Assembly: GCA_951406725.2 (NCBI GenBank)
Contig: OX597834.1
Location: 31,310,001-31,374,000 of the forward strand
Length of the DNA: 64,000 nucleotides
Direction: 5' to 3'
From: Octopus vulgaris
Taxonomy: Eukaryota
A program made the position numbers and the translations under genes. Below, piece after piece: positions 37,253 to 49,805 of this stretch (its first letter is position 1; every line of letters begins with the position of its first letter). The notes below the pieces were generated by a model. The model searched no databases and was not told the DNA's origin. It saw only the letters and a list, made by a program, of their open reading frames with translations.

Positions 37253-37910
37253 GGAAAGAGAGTGTGTTTGTGTCTGTGTTTGACCCGCACCCCCCACCCC
37301 TTGACAACCAGTGTTGGTGTGTTCACATCCCTGTAACATAGCAGTTCAGCAAAAGACACTGATAGAATAAGTACCAGGCTTATAAAGAAATAAATCCTAG
37401 GGTTCAGTTGTTTGAGTAAAATCTCTTCAAGGCAGTGCCCCAGCATGGCCAGAGTCGAATGACTGAAACGAATGAAAGATAGAAAGTAAAGGGTCTGTGT
37501 ATATGGATGGAGGGGCCACTTGGACATCTCCTTGCTATCATTTCCCTTTTCTTTTTCTTCCTTTCTCCTACTAAACATGAGTAGTCATGCAAATCCTATA
37601 CAAGAACTTGCTCTCCTCACAGCCACCGCCCCAACCATCTCTCATACTTCAACCCTTCGTCCCCTGATCCCTTCACTCCCATCTTCTTCAGGGTTCATAA
37701 TCCTGCAAGCTTCAGCTCATGCTCAATAGTGCTGGTGGCACGAAAAAGGCACCAAGGAAATGGCACACTGTGAAGTGGTTGGCATTAGGAAGGGCATCCA
37801 AATGTAGACACAAGGTCAGACAAGACACTGGACTACTATGCAGTCCTTGGACCCTTTGGATCTTGTCAAACTGTCCAGTCCATGCCAGCACAGAACAGCG
37901 TGGACGTTAA

Positions 37911-37942
<32 letters not shown>

Positions 37943-37947
37943 GGTGG

Positions 37948-37979
<32 letters not shown>

Positions 37980-38286
37980 ATGGTGATGATGGTGGTGGTG
38001 GTGATGATGATGATGGTGGTGGTGATGATGATGATGATCGTGGTGGTGATGATGATGATGATGATCGTGGTGGTGGTGATGATGGTGGTGGTGGTGGTGA
38101 TGGTGATGATGATGATGGTGGTGATGATGATGATGATGATGGTGGTGGTGATGATGGTGGTGGTGGTGGTGGTGATGATGATGATGGTGGTGGTGGTGAT
38201 GATGAGGATGATGATCGTGGTGGTGGTGATGATGGTGATGATGGTGGTGGTGGTGGTGATGATGATGATCATGGTGGTGGTGGTGA

Positions 38287-38318
<32 letters not shown>

Positions 38319-38645
38319 ATGATGATGATGATGGTGGTGATGATCGTGATGATGATGATGGTGGTGGTGGTGATGGTGATGATGATGAGGATGATGATCG
38401 TGGTGATGATGGTGGTGGTGGTGGTGATGATGATGATGGTGGTGGTGATGATGATGATGATCGTGGTGGTGGTGATGATGAGGATGATGATCGTGGTGGT
38501 GGTGATGATGGTGATGATGATGATGATGATGATCGTGGTGGTGGTGATGATGGTGGTGGTGGTGGTGGTGTGTGATGATGATGATGGTGGTGGTGGTGAT
38601 GGTGATGATGATGAGGATGATGATCGTGGTGGTGGTGGTGATGAT
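37911..38645. repeat. About 730-bp compound (GAT)n/(GGT)n trinucleotide array
   Basis: Directly visible; recurring higher-order blocks such as gatgaggatgatgatcgtggtggt. Confidence 0.95.
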
Positions 38646-38740
38646 TATTTTGATTTTGATGTCGCTGATGATGGTGATTGTGGCAATGGTAATAATTAAC
38701 ATTCTTGTTAAACTATTTCTTCTTTCTCTTCTACTTCCAG

Positions 38741-38877
38741 GCTGTGCCATAATGGTGGGATTGTTCATATACGCCGTGAATGTATTACATTTGCATACCT
38801 GCTACATCATCTCATCAACCGGGGCTGCATTTTTCTTCTTTCTTGCAGGGGTTATCATATCATACGACAAGATCTGA
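38741..38877 (+). CDS. Claudin/PMP22-like gene B, exon 3
   Basis: ctacttccag acceptor; (G)CAIMVGLFIYAVNVLHLHTCYIISSTGAAFFFFLAGVIISYDKI*. Confidence 0.87.
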
Positions 38878-38905
38878 CAACCCTGATTCTCCACTGATCT
38901 ACAAA

Positions 38906-38972
<67 letters not shown>

Positions 38973-39031
38973 TCTGTGTGCACATGCACATGCTGTTGAT
39001 ACTATCAAACCCACCCTTAATAATAATAATA

Positions 39032-39063
<32 letters not shown>

Positions 39064-39310
39064 AGTGGGTCCAAGTCTTTCAAATGGTTTCGAGGGCAGT
39101 GAAGTCACAGAGTCATTAGCTTGTTATACAAAATGGCTAAGTGGTATTTCTTGTGGATCTTTATGTTCTGAGTTCAAATCTTGCCAAGATCCACTTTGTT
39201 TTTGAATTCTTTTGAGCTCTAAAGAATAAAGTACTAAATGAGAATTGGATTGATGTATTTGACTAAACTCTTTGCCTTAAAACCCTGGCCATGAGCCAAA
39301 GTTTGAAACC

Positions 39311-39370
<60 letters not shown>

Positions 39371-39419
39371 TATTATTATTATTATTATTATTATCAGTAG
39401 TAGTAATAGTAGTATAATT

Positions 39420-39925
39420 GCCTTTGCACAGCTTCTAACGCTGGAGATGTACTACAGTGTCAGCTGTTCACTACCAGTGAACTAAGGTAACACCTCTTAT
39501 TTTTCGAGTACCTTCCAGAGTATTTGAGTGGTTCCAAGCAGTGCTGTTTTCTGCAAGTGCTCCACCCTTACTGCAGCCCCTATTTGTTCCATGTACTTCT
39601 TGAGATTTTTGCTCACTGTTCCCATGGCTCCAACAGTTATTGGTACTACTGCTACCTTTGTCATCAACCACAACTGCTTAACTTCCCAAGCTAACCTGTC
39701 ATAACTATTGACTTTTCTTTCTTCCTTATTGCATACTTTGTTGTCAGCTGGGCATGCTATATCTATGATCCAACATAGTTTGTTTTCTTTCTCAATTAAG
39801 ACTATGTTCGACTTCCTATTCTCTATCTCATGGTTGCACTGAATTACAAAATCCCATAGGATCTTTGCATTTTTTAATTTCGATGATGCCTTCAGGTTTG
39901 TAGTTGTACCAATTTTTTGATGCTC
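39420..39925 (-). mobile_element. R4/Dong-like (restriction-like endonuclease) LINE 3' remnant; related pieces at 42470-42770, 50320-50400, 51120-51210
   Basis: Degenerate ILWDF..., IIDIACP, K.EKL.KY.DL..E, GALG and (L/I)QK.ALL(G)T.ILR motifs. Confidence 0.65.
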
Positions 39926-39956
<31 letters not shown>

Positions 39957-40226
39957 TCTACTCTAGGTAGAAGCCTCTGAAAATTTTTGGGGAAGGGGGC
40001 TCATCAATTATATCAACCTCAGTGCATTTCATCAATCCCGAGAGTATGAAAGGCAAAGTCAACCTCGGTGGAATTTGAACTCAGAACGTAAAGAAGTACG
40101 AAATACCACTAAGCGTTTTGGCCAGTGTGCTAATGATTCTGCCAGCTTGCTACCTTAATAGTAATAATAATAATAATGATGATAATAATAATAATAACAG
40201 TAATAATAATAATGATAATAATAACA

Positions 40227-40261
<35 letters not shown>

Positions 40262-40494
40262 TTGCTTATTGAACATTAAAGAATGATGATGATGATGCTG
40301 ATGGTGTTTTCTTTATAAGCCACAAGTGCTCCAAGAGAAAAAGAAAGGCAATAAAAGAATGACATTTGTCCTTGAGCATGGATCTGAAAGGATTCCAAAT
40401 TTCCCCTCTTCCTTAATCAAGTGTTTTAATCTCCCCAGCCCCTTCGGTGCTCAGATTCCTGGCTATGCCATGGTGGGGGTGGAATAAACGAGTT

Positions 40495-40540
<46 letters not shown>

Positions 40541-40805
40541 ATGAAGGAAGAACAATGAATGACTTTTATACAGTAAAATATAAAAATTAAAATTAATAAA
40601 ATAAACATGCAAACAATGACAATTTTTTTTTTTTAATTGAAACAAAATTAAACAAAATATTTGAAACAAATATATGTATTATAAGAATTAAATAAAAGCC
40701 AATTTGCCTGAATTATGGAACTGTAGGAACAATCTAGATTGTGAAGTTTTTTATGATACTCTGTCTTCATTTATTATTAAAAATTGGTTATTCCAGAAGC
40801 TGAAG

Positions 40806-41478
40806 TAAAGATTTTTACCAACATAACATGGCAGTCCTGGTTTATGATGAATGTTGCTGTAATTTAGCCCCAGGAGACATCATCTCCAGCTGGCTATATG
40901 ACACAATCTGTGTCCTTATATTTTCGAACAAGGGAATCTAGCATCCCCACTCAGCTCAAAACAATATCTATTTCTTTACTACCCACAAGGGGCTAAACAC
41001 AGAGGGGACAAACAACGACAGACAAACGGATTAAGTCGATTACATCGACCCCAGTGCGTAACTGGTACTTTTTTAATCGACCCCGAAAGGATGAAAGGCA
41101 AAGTCGACCTCGGCGGAATTTGAACTTAGAATGTAACAGCAGACGAAATACCGCTAAGCATTTCACCCGGCGTGCTAACGTTTCTGCCAGCTCGCCGCCT
41201 TTAACAATATCTGTGTATCATGATTTCCGGGTTATTTCCCTTCATCTGCATAGAATGATTGTTCAGCTAGCGGTGGCGCTGCCAAATTCCTGTTTGAAAT
41301 ATATAATTTTCAAAGTGACAACTAGTCACTGATCTATAAATTAGAAAATTACTGGATTCCCTTGTTCGAAAATATAAGGACACAGATCGTGTTGTATAAC
41401 CAGCTAGAGACGATGTCTCCTGGGGCTAAATTACAGCAACATTCGTCGGCCATGTTATGTTGGCAAACAACCTTTACT
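40806..41478. mobile_element. Element with about 130-bp inverted ends, interrupted by a SINE
   Basis: 40806-40940 is the reverse complement of about 41352-41478; family-1 SINE at 40969-41199 inside. Confidence 0.65.
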
Positions 41479-43290
41479 CCAAAGTACTGTTGCTGAATAT
41501 CTCTCGTTGTGAGATTTAAAAATAGTAAATTTCTAATTCCAGAAAGAAATTCTTGGTCATATGACTCAGGTACTTGACTGGTACTTCTTCTTAACTCCAG
41601 AAGGAGGAAAGGTATAGTTAACCCTGGTGAGATTTGAAATCAAATATTAAAGAACCAGAACAAATGCTAGATTTTCTGGCAATGCAGTACCAGGCAGTAA
41701 CTCTCATAGCTTCTCATCTTTACTGATTGGAAGTGTTATCATGTACATTGTTTTGTCTTGGTATAAAAGATGGGCCACAGAAAATATTCTGCTCAATACC
41801 ACAGATTTGCTTGTCAGTTGCTTGACCATAACCAGTTGAGCATGTCCCTTAGTGGCTGACAATGTGGCATAATTACCAAATGCATCAGTAAAATGATGTA
41901 TTGGGTAAAAAGTAGAAAAGGCATACAAAAGAGACACAGGAACCAACTGTAAAAAAGATTCGTGGAGAGCGAACCCAAGAAGTTGGGGGAACCAATGAAA
42001 TGGTTGTATGATGTGTTACAAGTACCAATGCCACTGCAGGTGATTGAACCCAGGCGTACAAGTGGGAGGAAAAGAAAACATACAGTGTTCCTGAAAATAG
42101 ATGCCAAGTGCAAAAAATATTAAACTGTATGAAAAAAATAAAAACTCAAAAAAGGGAGGTGGGGTGAATAAAAAAATTATTGCTAAATAAAATGACCCTT
42201 TGCAAGAAAAACTTAAAAGGGGAGATGTAGGAAATTAGTAATAAGAGTACGCCCCTCCCACATGACGAATGGAATAGCCTAATCACTATAGGTGAAGAGA
42301 ACTACGTGAAGTATGAGAGTAGGTAGTAGGGGGTCAGAGATAGTCGTGTCTTTACTGGTTTTACTAAGTATGCTGTATACTGAAGTGGGTGTTATAACAA
42401 TCCAACAATGTAAGGATATAACAGATATACCTGTTGAAACAAAGAAATAAAAGCTAATCACTCAGGTATAATAATCAAGGATTGGAAAAGCAAACATCTG
42501 TTTACTGATAAACATTGCAGTCCTTTCTGACCAAAATATTTCCCCAAAAAGAAGTGGAGAAATTGTCAAAGTACAAAGACCTTGGAATTGAAGTATTCAA
42601 GATGTGGGGCATGAAAGTGAAAACAATATCAATAATAATTGGAGCATTGGGCATCATAAAAAAACATATGAACAAAAATGTAAAAGCTATACCTGGACCC
42701 TCAACTTTACACATAATCCAAAAAATAGCCCTGCTGTGAACAGCCCACATCCTGCATGTGACGCTATCAATTCAATAATACAGTCCGAACCAAACAATCT
42801 ACAAACACAAAACACATTCTATATAGCAAATATGCAATAAAATAAACAACCACCAGCAGGCTGCATACTCAACAGAAGAACACAACTTGCATTACATACA
42901 TGATACACAATACAAACACTAATACAATGAAAAACTGCAACCAGACCCTATAACAAAACAAACTAATGCAACACAATATGGGGAAGAGTTTGTACTCACT
43001 GAACACCCGAAAAAGAACTCAATGCTGCACACACCCCAGCATCATGGGGGGTGTAGCAGGCACTGCAGTAGACATTTGCCTGAAGCTACCAAATGTTGAA
43101 TAATATTAAATTTTCTTATGGTTTCTTAAACATTTTCTAGAACAACACTATGCACAAAACTAAATATATGGCACCATAGGCATAACATTAACATGAACTT
43201 CTAACTTGTTGTCTCTTGAGGTTTCTGGGTGAGACTTGGAGCCAACTTGTACAAATGCAAAGCAAAAGTCAAACATAAAATAACAACAAC

Positions 43291-43323
<33 letters not shown>

Positions 43324-46055
43324 TGCCCTGATGCAGTACCAGGCAGTGGCTCTCATGGCTTCTGATCTTAACTGATTGGAAGTGTTATCATGTACATTGT
43401 TTTGTCTTGGTATAAAAGATGGGCTACAGCAAATATTCAGCTCAATACCACAGATTTGCTTGTCAGTTGTTTGACCTTAACCAGTTGAGCATGTCCCTTA
43501 GTGGCTGATGATATGTGCATCTCTGATCACAAGCAGAAGTAGTGGGGGAGCATCATAGCCATGTGTTGAGAAGGATTCTTTGGGGTTTGAATAATTCACC
43601 TCTGGAAACATGGGTGGTTCTTTACCCCAGTGTCACTTTGATGGCATGAACTGCTCTCTCACTCAATAATAATACTATTGCAATGTGGAAAACACATATT
43701 AGTATTAAAAAAAAAAAGGAAAACAAAGAGCAAAAACTATTAACACTTCAATATTTATTATTTGATGCCAAAACTTTCATATTTTTAAATGACTTCTACT
43801 TGCCTTTCGCACAGCAATTGTGTAAGTTTCAATACACAGTCTCAGAAAAATTCATTTGCAAGGTAAAGACATCTCTGAGATAATAATGGTTTCAAATTTT
43901 GGCACAAAGCAGCAATTTTAAGGGAGTCGGTAATTACATTAACTCTTTGACTCAATACATACTTGTTTCATTGATTCTGATTAAAATTTAGTTCCAAATA
44001 AAGGATTTAACCAGTGTTCAACACAATATCATTGGCCAAAGGGTGTTTAATTGAGAGCATTGTTCACCGTTTGGGGAGCCAATGGGAAGAGCTGCAATCA
44101 TCATGTCAAGGGCACATGCGCACACAACCGCAAATGCATCTACAGCCCAACATTGCTCGGATTTGAAGTAAAAGGAAAACATATGCCATTTCTAGTAACC
44201 TTTATGATAAAAGCGGCAAAAATCGACTAAATCGCCTGAGATCCGCCAAATATTTAACAAAAGTCGGTTTTGTAGGGTTCGCATGGTCGGTCTCAAAGTG
44301 ATATGGTTTTGTCGATTTCTCCCAATACTTGTTAACTGCATTGACAAAAGGTCGTTAGTTTGACATTTAATGCAAACTTGATGTCCAACATCGGTGTAGG
44401 GAAAATCTATGTGTACTTTCAAAAAATATCATAGAAAAATCGGTTTGCTATGTTTGCTACATATGATGTAATTAACCGATTTTTTCCAGTAATAATGTAT
44501 CCTATTGGAATCAAAAGGGCCATATAGCTCCTTGGAGCAGACATGATGCTTGCTGTGAATTTCAAAAAAAATTCCTGCCAATTTGTTAAAGATATTGTCG
44601 AAAATATGTCATCTTGAATTTGAATGCAATTTCCCAAAATGGCATGAATTTATCGATTTTTTTCTGATGGTAAGGTATTGCATGGAAAACTAACGTCAGA
44701 ATTAAGTTCCTTAGGGTAACATTAAGCTTCACCATGAGTTTGGTGAAAATCGATTGCAAGTTGCGAAAACTACAACGGAAAATGTGTTGCATATGATAAG
44801 CTTAGATTCTCGACCCCATGTAGAATTTATCGATTTTTTCCAGAACTGGGAGAACTTTTCAAAATTTTCGCTGCGTTAGTTTTGAATTTTGACATTGGGC
44901 TATGTGTGTGTGTCAAGTTTCATCAGAATCGGTTGAAAGCCGTGGTCAGGGCGAGGGTATAACCTGACAGACAAACTGCCTTTTATATATATATATATAT
45001 ATAGAGAGAGATAGAGATACACACACACGCGCGCGTTCACTCACGCCATACACGCAACTCTCGGCCTTTGGGTCATTTAGTAATTTCTGCCGATTAAAAA
45101 TAATAATGTATTCAGAGTTGTTTTTATCCCCTTTCGTCTGCCAAATCTGTGTGTACGTGTGCATGGAGAAATACGATTACAATGGAATTGCCGTGGTGAG
45201 TATGTATGTGTGTGTATGCATGCATGCATGTATGCATGTATGTATGTTTGTGTGTGTGTATGCATGTATGTATGTACGTATGTATGTACATGCACACACA
45301 CATACACATTCGTTATTTCTCTCTCCCCGGGGTGAGGTACAGGACAATAATTTCCATTTTTAAACAGAAGCCACTTTTTATTTATTTAAATATAAACAAA
45401 CGGAAACCTTCGCAAATGTTTCACAATCACGTCGAACAATTCAGAGAAACCGCGTTCAAGAGATTGAAAGAAACATTCGAAAAAAAAACAACAATAACAA
45501 CTACAACAACAAAAGTAATTTTTTTTCGAAATTTGATTCAAAGCCAGTAAATTTCGAAGCGGGAAGTCGGATTATATCGATCCCTGTGCTCTACTGGCAC
45601 TTACTTAATCGGCCCCGAAAGGATTAAAGGCTGAATCGAATCTCGGCAGGATTTGAACTCGGGATATCGATATCTTCGTTGTCTACAAGACTGAAGAAAA
45701 AGAAAATAACAAAAAAAAAAAAAAAAGCACATAACAAAATCAAAAACGTTTCGAGAAGGGGCCGTTGCGGATTTTTCCTTTAATATAACCGCATAAACAA
45801 TAAAAGACAAACAAATATAATTCTTTCTTCATTGACCTCAAGGAACAGGTATAGAAGAAAAACAAAACTGTGGATTTATAAATGAACGTGTAATTATTAA
45901 AAGATAATTCTTTATTCGTCACGAGGGCCATAAAAGAAAAAGAAACCCAGAACCTCAAACATTTTGGATACTACGAAGTCAAGGGGGTCGTGCAGTTTTG
46001 GACGTATCACAGGATAAACAATAAAAAGAAATTACAAACCATCATAATACTAATA

Positions 46056-46218
46056 ATGGCGAGTACAGTGGCTGTGGCAGTGGTATCTTTAAGTCTGGCT
46101 GCCGTGTTAATGCACTTCCTATCTGTTGCGATTCCATACTGGGATAAAATTGGCAACTTGAAATTTGGTCTTTGGCAAGTTTGCTACGAGGAATGCGAAA
46201 TGCGGGAAGCTGTTGACC
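46056..46218 (+). CDS. Claudin/PMP22-like gene C, exon 1
   Basis: MASTVAVAVVSLSLAAVLMHFLSVAIPYWDKIGNLKFGLWQVCYEEC; 163 nt, C|GTAAG donor, phase 1. Confidence 0.88.
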
Positions 46219-47103
46219 GTAAGAAGAATCCAATACACAAGAAACTCTGTTGTGAAGTTTCATTCATTTCGTGATTGTGTTGTTGTTGTTGTTAGTGGTG
46301 ATGGTGGTGGTGGTGATGGTGGTCGGTGGTTTTAAGGGGGATCAACTAAGGTTTCGTATTTCTTTATTGCCCACAAGGGGCTAAACATAGAGGGGACAAA
46401 CAAGGACAGACGAACGGATTAAGTCGATTACATCGATCCCCAGTGCGGAACTGGTACTTAATTTATCGACCCCGAAAGGATGAAAGGCAAAGTTGACCTC
46501 GGCGGAATTTGAACTCAGAACGTAACGGCAGACAAAATACCGCTAATCATTTCACCCGGCGTGCTAACGTTTCTGCCAGCTCGGTTTCGACCGAAGCCTT
46601 GACTCGTTTGTGTATCAGTGTCTGTTTGCTTGTTTTTGTTTGTTTGTTATTTTGTTTCTTTCATTCTATTTCTTCCTTCCTTCCTTTCACTCTCTCTCTC
46701 TCTATCTTTCTTTCTCCCCACCCCCATTCACTTCTTTTCTTTCTTCTGTCTCTTCCTTCGTGCTTTCATTCTTTCCTTCCTCTCTTTCATGTTTCGGCGT
46801 CTCTCTCTGTCTTTCTCTATACCTCTCTTTCTCCCCCTCTCTCTTTTTCTCTCTATCTGCTTTTTCCCTCCTTTTTCCGTCTAAAACTAAAAAAGTGTGA
46901 TACGATAGAGATTTGGCTGTTATGTTTAGCAGCTCATACAAACCATGCGCCCTTCCATTATTCGTCCTATGATGAGCAACTTTGGAAGTGTGCTTTGGCT
47001 ATTAGAGGTGGCACCAGAATATGTGGCATACATACAGTAATTCTAAGTTAGCTTTTATCAAGTTTCTTGGTTCTTATCCAAAATGATAAAATAAATGGTA
47101 ATT

Positions 47104-47151
<48 letters not shown>

Positions 47152-47216
47152 GGAGTAAACACATAAATGTGAAACAAGGTGGAAAAAAAGAGTACTCAAA
47201 TACCAGGGGTAGAGTA

Positions 47217-47353
47217 ATATGCTTTATTTAAAAGCAGCAGAAATTCAACAAAACCTGTTACTCGGAGTTTCACAAAACTGTCCGACGAACGGGAACGTGA
47301 AACTCCGAATAACAGGTTTTGTTGAATTTCTGCTGCTTTTAAATAAAGCATAT
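47217..47353. repeat. Near-perfect palindrome (57-bp arms, 23-nt loop) within a probable Penelope-like remnant
   Basis: Arms 47217-47273 and 47297-47353 differ at one position; overlaps a hammerhead-like core. Confidence 0.9.
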
Positions 47354-47567
47354 ATATATATATATGCTTGGAAATGGATGCTTTGCGTCCGATCATATAA
47401 TAATATAAATAGTGGCTGTGTGGTAAGTAGCTTGCTAACCAACCACATGGTTCCGGGTTCAGTCCCACTGCGTGGCATCTTGGGCAAGTGTCTTCTGCTA
47501 TAGCCCCGGGCCGACCAATGCCTTGTGAGTGGATTTGATAGACTGAAACTGAAAGAAGCCTGTCGTA

Positions 47568-47640
<73 letters not shown>

Positions 47641-47859
47641 TTGTGTTTGTCCCCCTAGCATTGCTTGACCACCGATGCTGGTGTGTTTACGTCCCCGTCA
47701 CTTAGCGGTTCGGCAAAAGAGACCGATAGAATAAGTACTGGGCTTACAAAGAATATGTCCCGGGGTCGATTTGCTCGACTAAAGGTGGTGCTCCAGCATG
47801 GCCGCAGTCAAATGACTGAAACAAGTAAAAGAGTAAAAGAGTATATATGTGTGTATGTA

Positions 47860-48220
47860 TATACACATGCATATATGGGTACAGGACGTCAAACAACGTA
47901 AACAACATGAAAACAAAAACATGGAAAACGAGTTTTTTTTTTAACAACGAAAGAAACAAATAGAGAAAGGAGAGAAGCAACATAAAGAACAATCCCTTCA
48001 TCAGTTGTCCCCTGTTTTATCTCCGTTCGAAATGCAGAGTAGATAAAACAGGGGACAGCTGATGAAGGGAATTTTCTTTATGTTGCCTATCTCGTTTTTC
48101 TATTTGTTTCTTTTGTTGTTCATAAAAAGTTCGTTTTCCATGTTTTTGTTTTTTCATGTTCTCGTTTTCATGTTGTTCACGTTGTTTGACGTCCTGTACC
48201 CATATATGCACGTGTATATA
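47860..48220. repeat. Foldback inverted repeat
   Basis: 47860-48022 pairs with about 48041-48220 (gggtacaggacgtcaaacaacg / cgttgtttgacgtcctgtaccc; ccttcatcag / ctgatgaagg). Confidence 0.85.
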
Positions 48221-48907
48221 CATGCATATATACATACATGTATATAGGGTGGCGAGCTGGCAGAAACGTTAGCACACCGGGCGAAATGCTTAGTGGTATT
48301 TCGTCTATTGCTACGTTCTGAGTTCAAATTCCGCCGAGGTCGACTTTGCCTTTCATCCTTTCAGGGTCGATAAATAAAGTACCAGTTTCGGACTGGGTCA
48401 ATGTAATCGACTTAATCCCTTTGTCTGTCCTTGTTTGTCCCCTATGTTTAGCCCCTTGTGGGCAGTAAAGAAATATATATACATACATGTACATACCTAT
48501 ATATATATATATGTATATCTATCTATCCACTCAGTCGAAGTCGACTCTCAAATACTCGATGGATCAGTGTCCTCCAGTCAGTTCTATTCTGGGCTGCTTC
48601 TTTCAGATTGGCTATGTCCATTCCGGCATCACTTTTGATGGTGTCAAGCCAGCAGGTTCTTGGTCGGCCTCTTCCTCTCTTGCCACTGACCATTCTGAGT
48701 ATGATGTCCTTCTCAAGGCAGAAGAGATATATATGTATATACACATGCATATATGTGTACAGGACGTAAACATATATGCAACCTACTAATCTACCTACCA
48801 ACCAACCAACCAACCAACCAGCCAGCCAGCCAGCCAGCCAATTGATTGACTGACCAAGCAGCCATATTTTGGCTATTATTATATAAAGGTTGTTTTCTCT
48901 TTTTCAG

Positions 48908-49051
48908 AGTCTTTCCAGATCTTCCAGTGTCTGGAAGTAGTTGGACTGATCACTGGCCTGGCTACTTGTATTATTTCCATTTTGAGTACTTGTAAGAATG
49001 TTATTTTCCCACATGAACAGGTACTGATTCCATGTTTAAGCATGATATCAG
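48908..49051 (+). CDS. Claudin/PMP22-like gene C, exon 2
   Basis: ttttcag/GTAAGT, 144 nt, (Q)SFQIFQCLEVVGLITGLATCIISIL...LIPCLSMIS. Missed by the ORF track. Confidence 0.88.
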
Positions 49052-49307
49052 GTAAGTCGGTCAACTTTACATCTGTATATGTGCATGTGTGTGTTTGTAT
49101 CATCATCATCATCATCATCATCATCGTTTAATGTCCGTTCTCCATGCTAGCATGGGTTGGACGGTTCGACCGGGGATCTGGGAAGCCAGAAGGCTGCACC
49201 AGGCTCCAGTCTTATCTGGCAATGTTTCTACAGCTGGATGCCCTTCCTAACGCCAACCACTCCGTGAGTGTAGTGGGTGCTTTTTACGTGCCATATATAT
49301 ATATATA

Positions 49308-49805
49308 TGAGCGTGAGTCAAAAAGTAATGCCATTTTGTTTAGGGCAGGTATAATTACCAACACAGGAACATGTATCATACATCAAAAGGAAGCTGGTCC
49401 CTGTGCATGTATCCCTGCCCCGTAAAATTCTGTTGACTGTTCTTTGAGCCACTTCTTCACTACAGTTTTCACTTCTTCATCACTGGAATAATGTTTGCCT
49501 CTCAAACCCTCTTTCATGGGCCCAAAGAGATGATAGTCTGAAGGCCCTAAATTATTCCAGTGACGAGGAAGTGAAAACTGTAGTGAAGAAGTGGCTCAAA
49601 GAACAGTCAACAAAATTTTATGGGGCTGGGATACATGTTCTCATTCCAAGGTGGAATATTGCTACTGAGAGAAATGGTGACTGTGCTGAGAAGTAGGGAT
49701 GCGATGCACAGAGGACCAGCTTCCTTTTGATGTATGATACATGTTCCTGTGTTGGTAATTATACTTGTCCTAAACAAAATGGCATTACTTTTTGACTCAC
49801 CCTCG
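49308..49805. mobile_element. Mariner-derived foldback MITE built from two 3' ends
   Basis: TA-flanked TIRs gagtcaaaaagtaatgcc; both strands encode the mariner C-terminus YSSDEEVKTVVKKWLKEQST.FYGAGIH. Confidence 0.85.

Noticed and set aside
37838-38768. 245-300 aa poly-D/G, poly-H and poly-M/V ORFs that might suggest a biomineral or His-rich structural protein
   Set aside because: Trinucleotide array inside gene B intron 2, open in several frames on both strands by composition alone.
48025-48070. Possible type-II hammerhead (GAAA...GUA...CUGAUGA)
   Set aside because: No convincing stem I or stem II can be formed in this copy.
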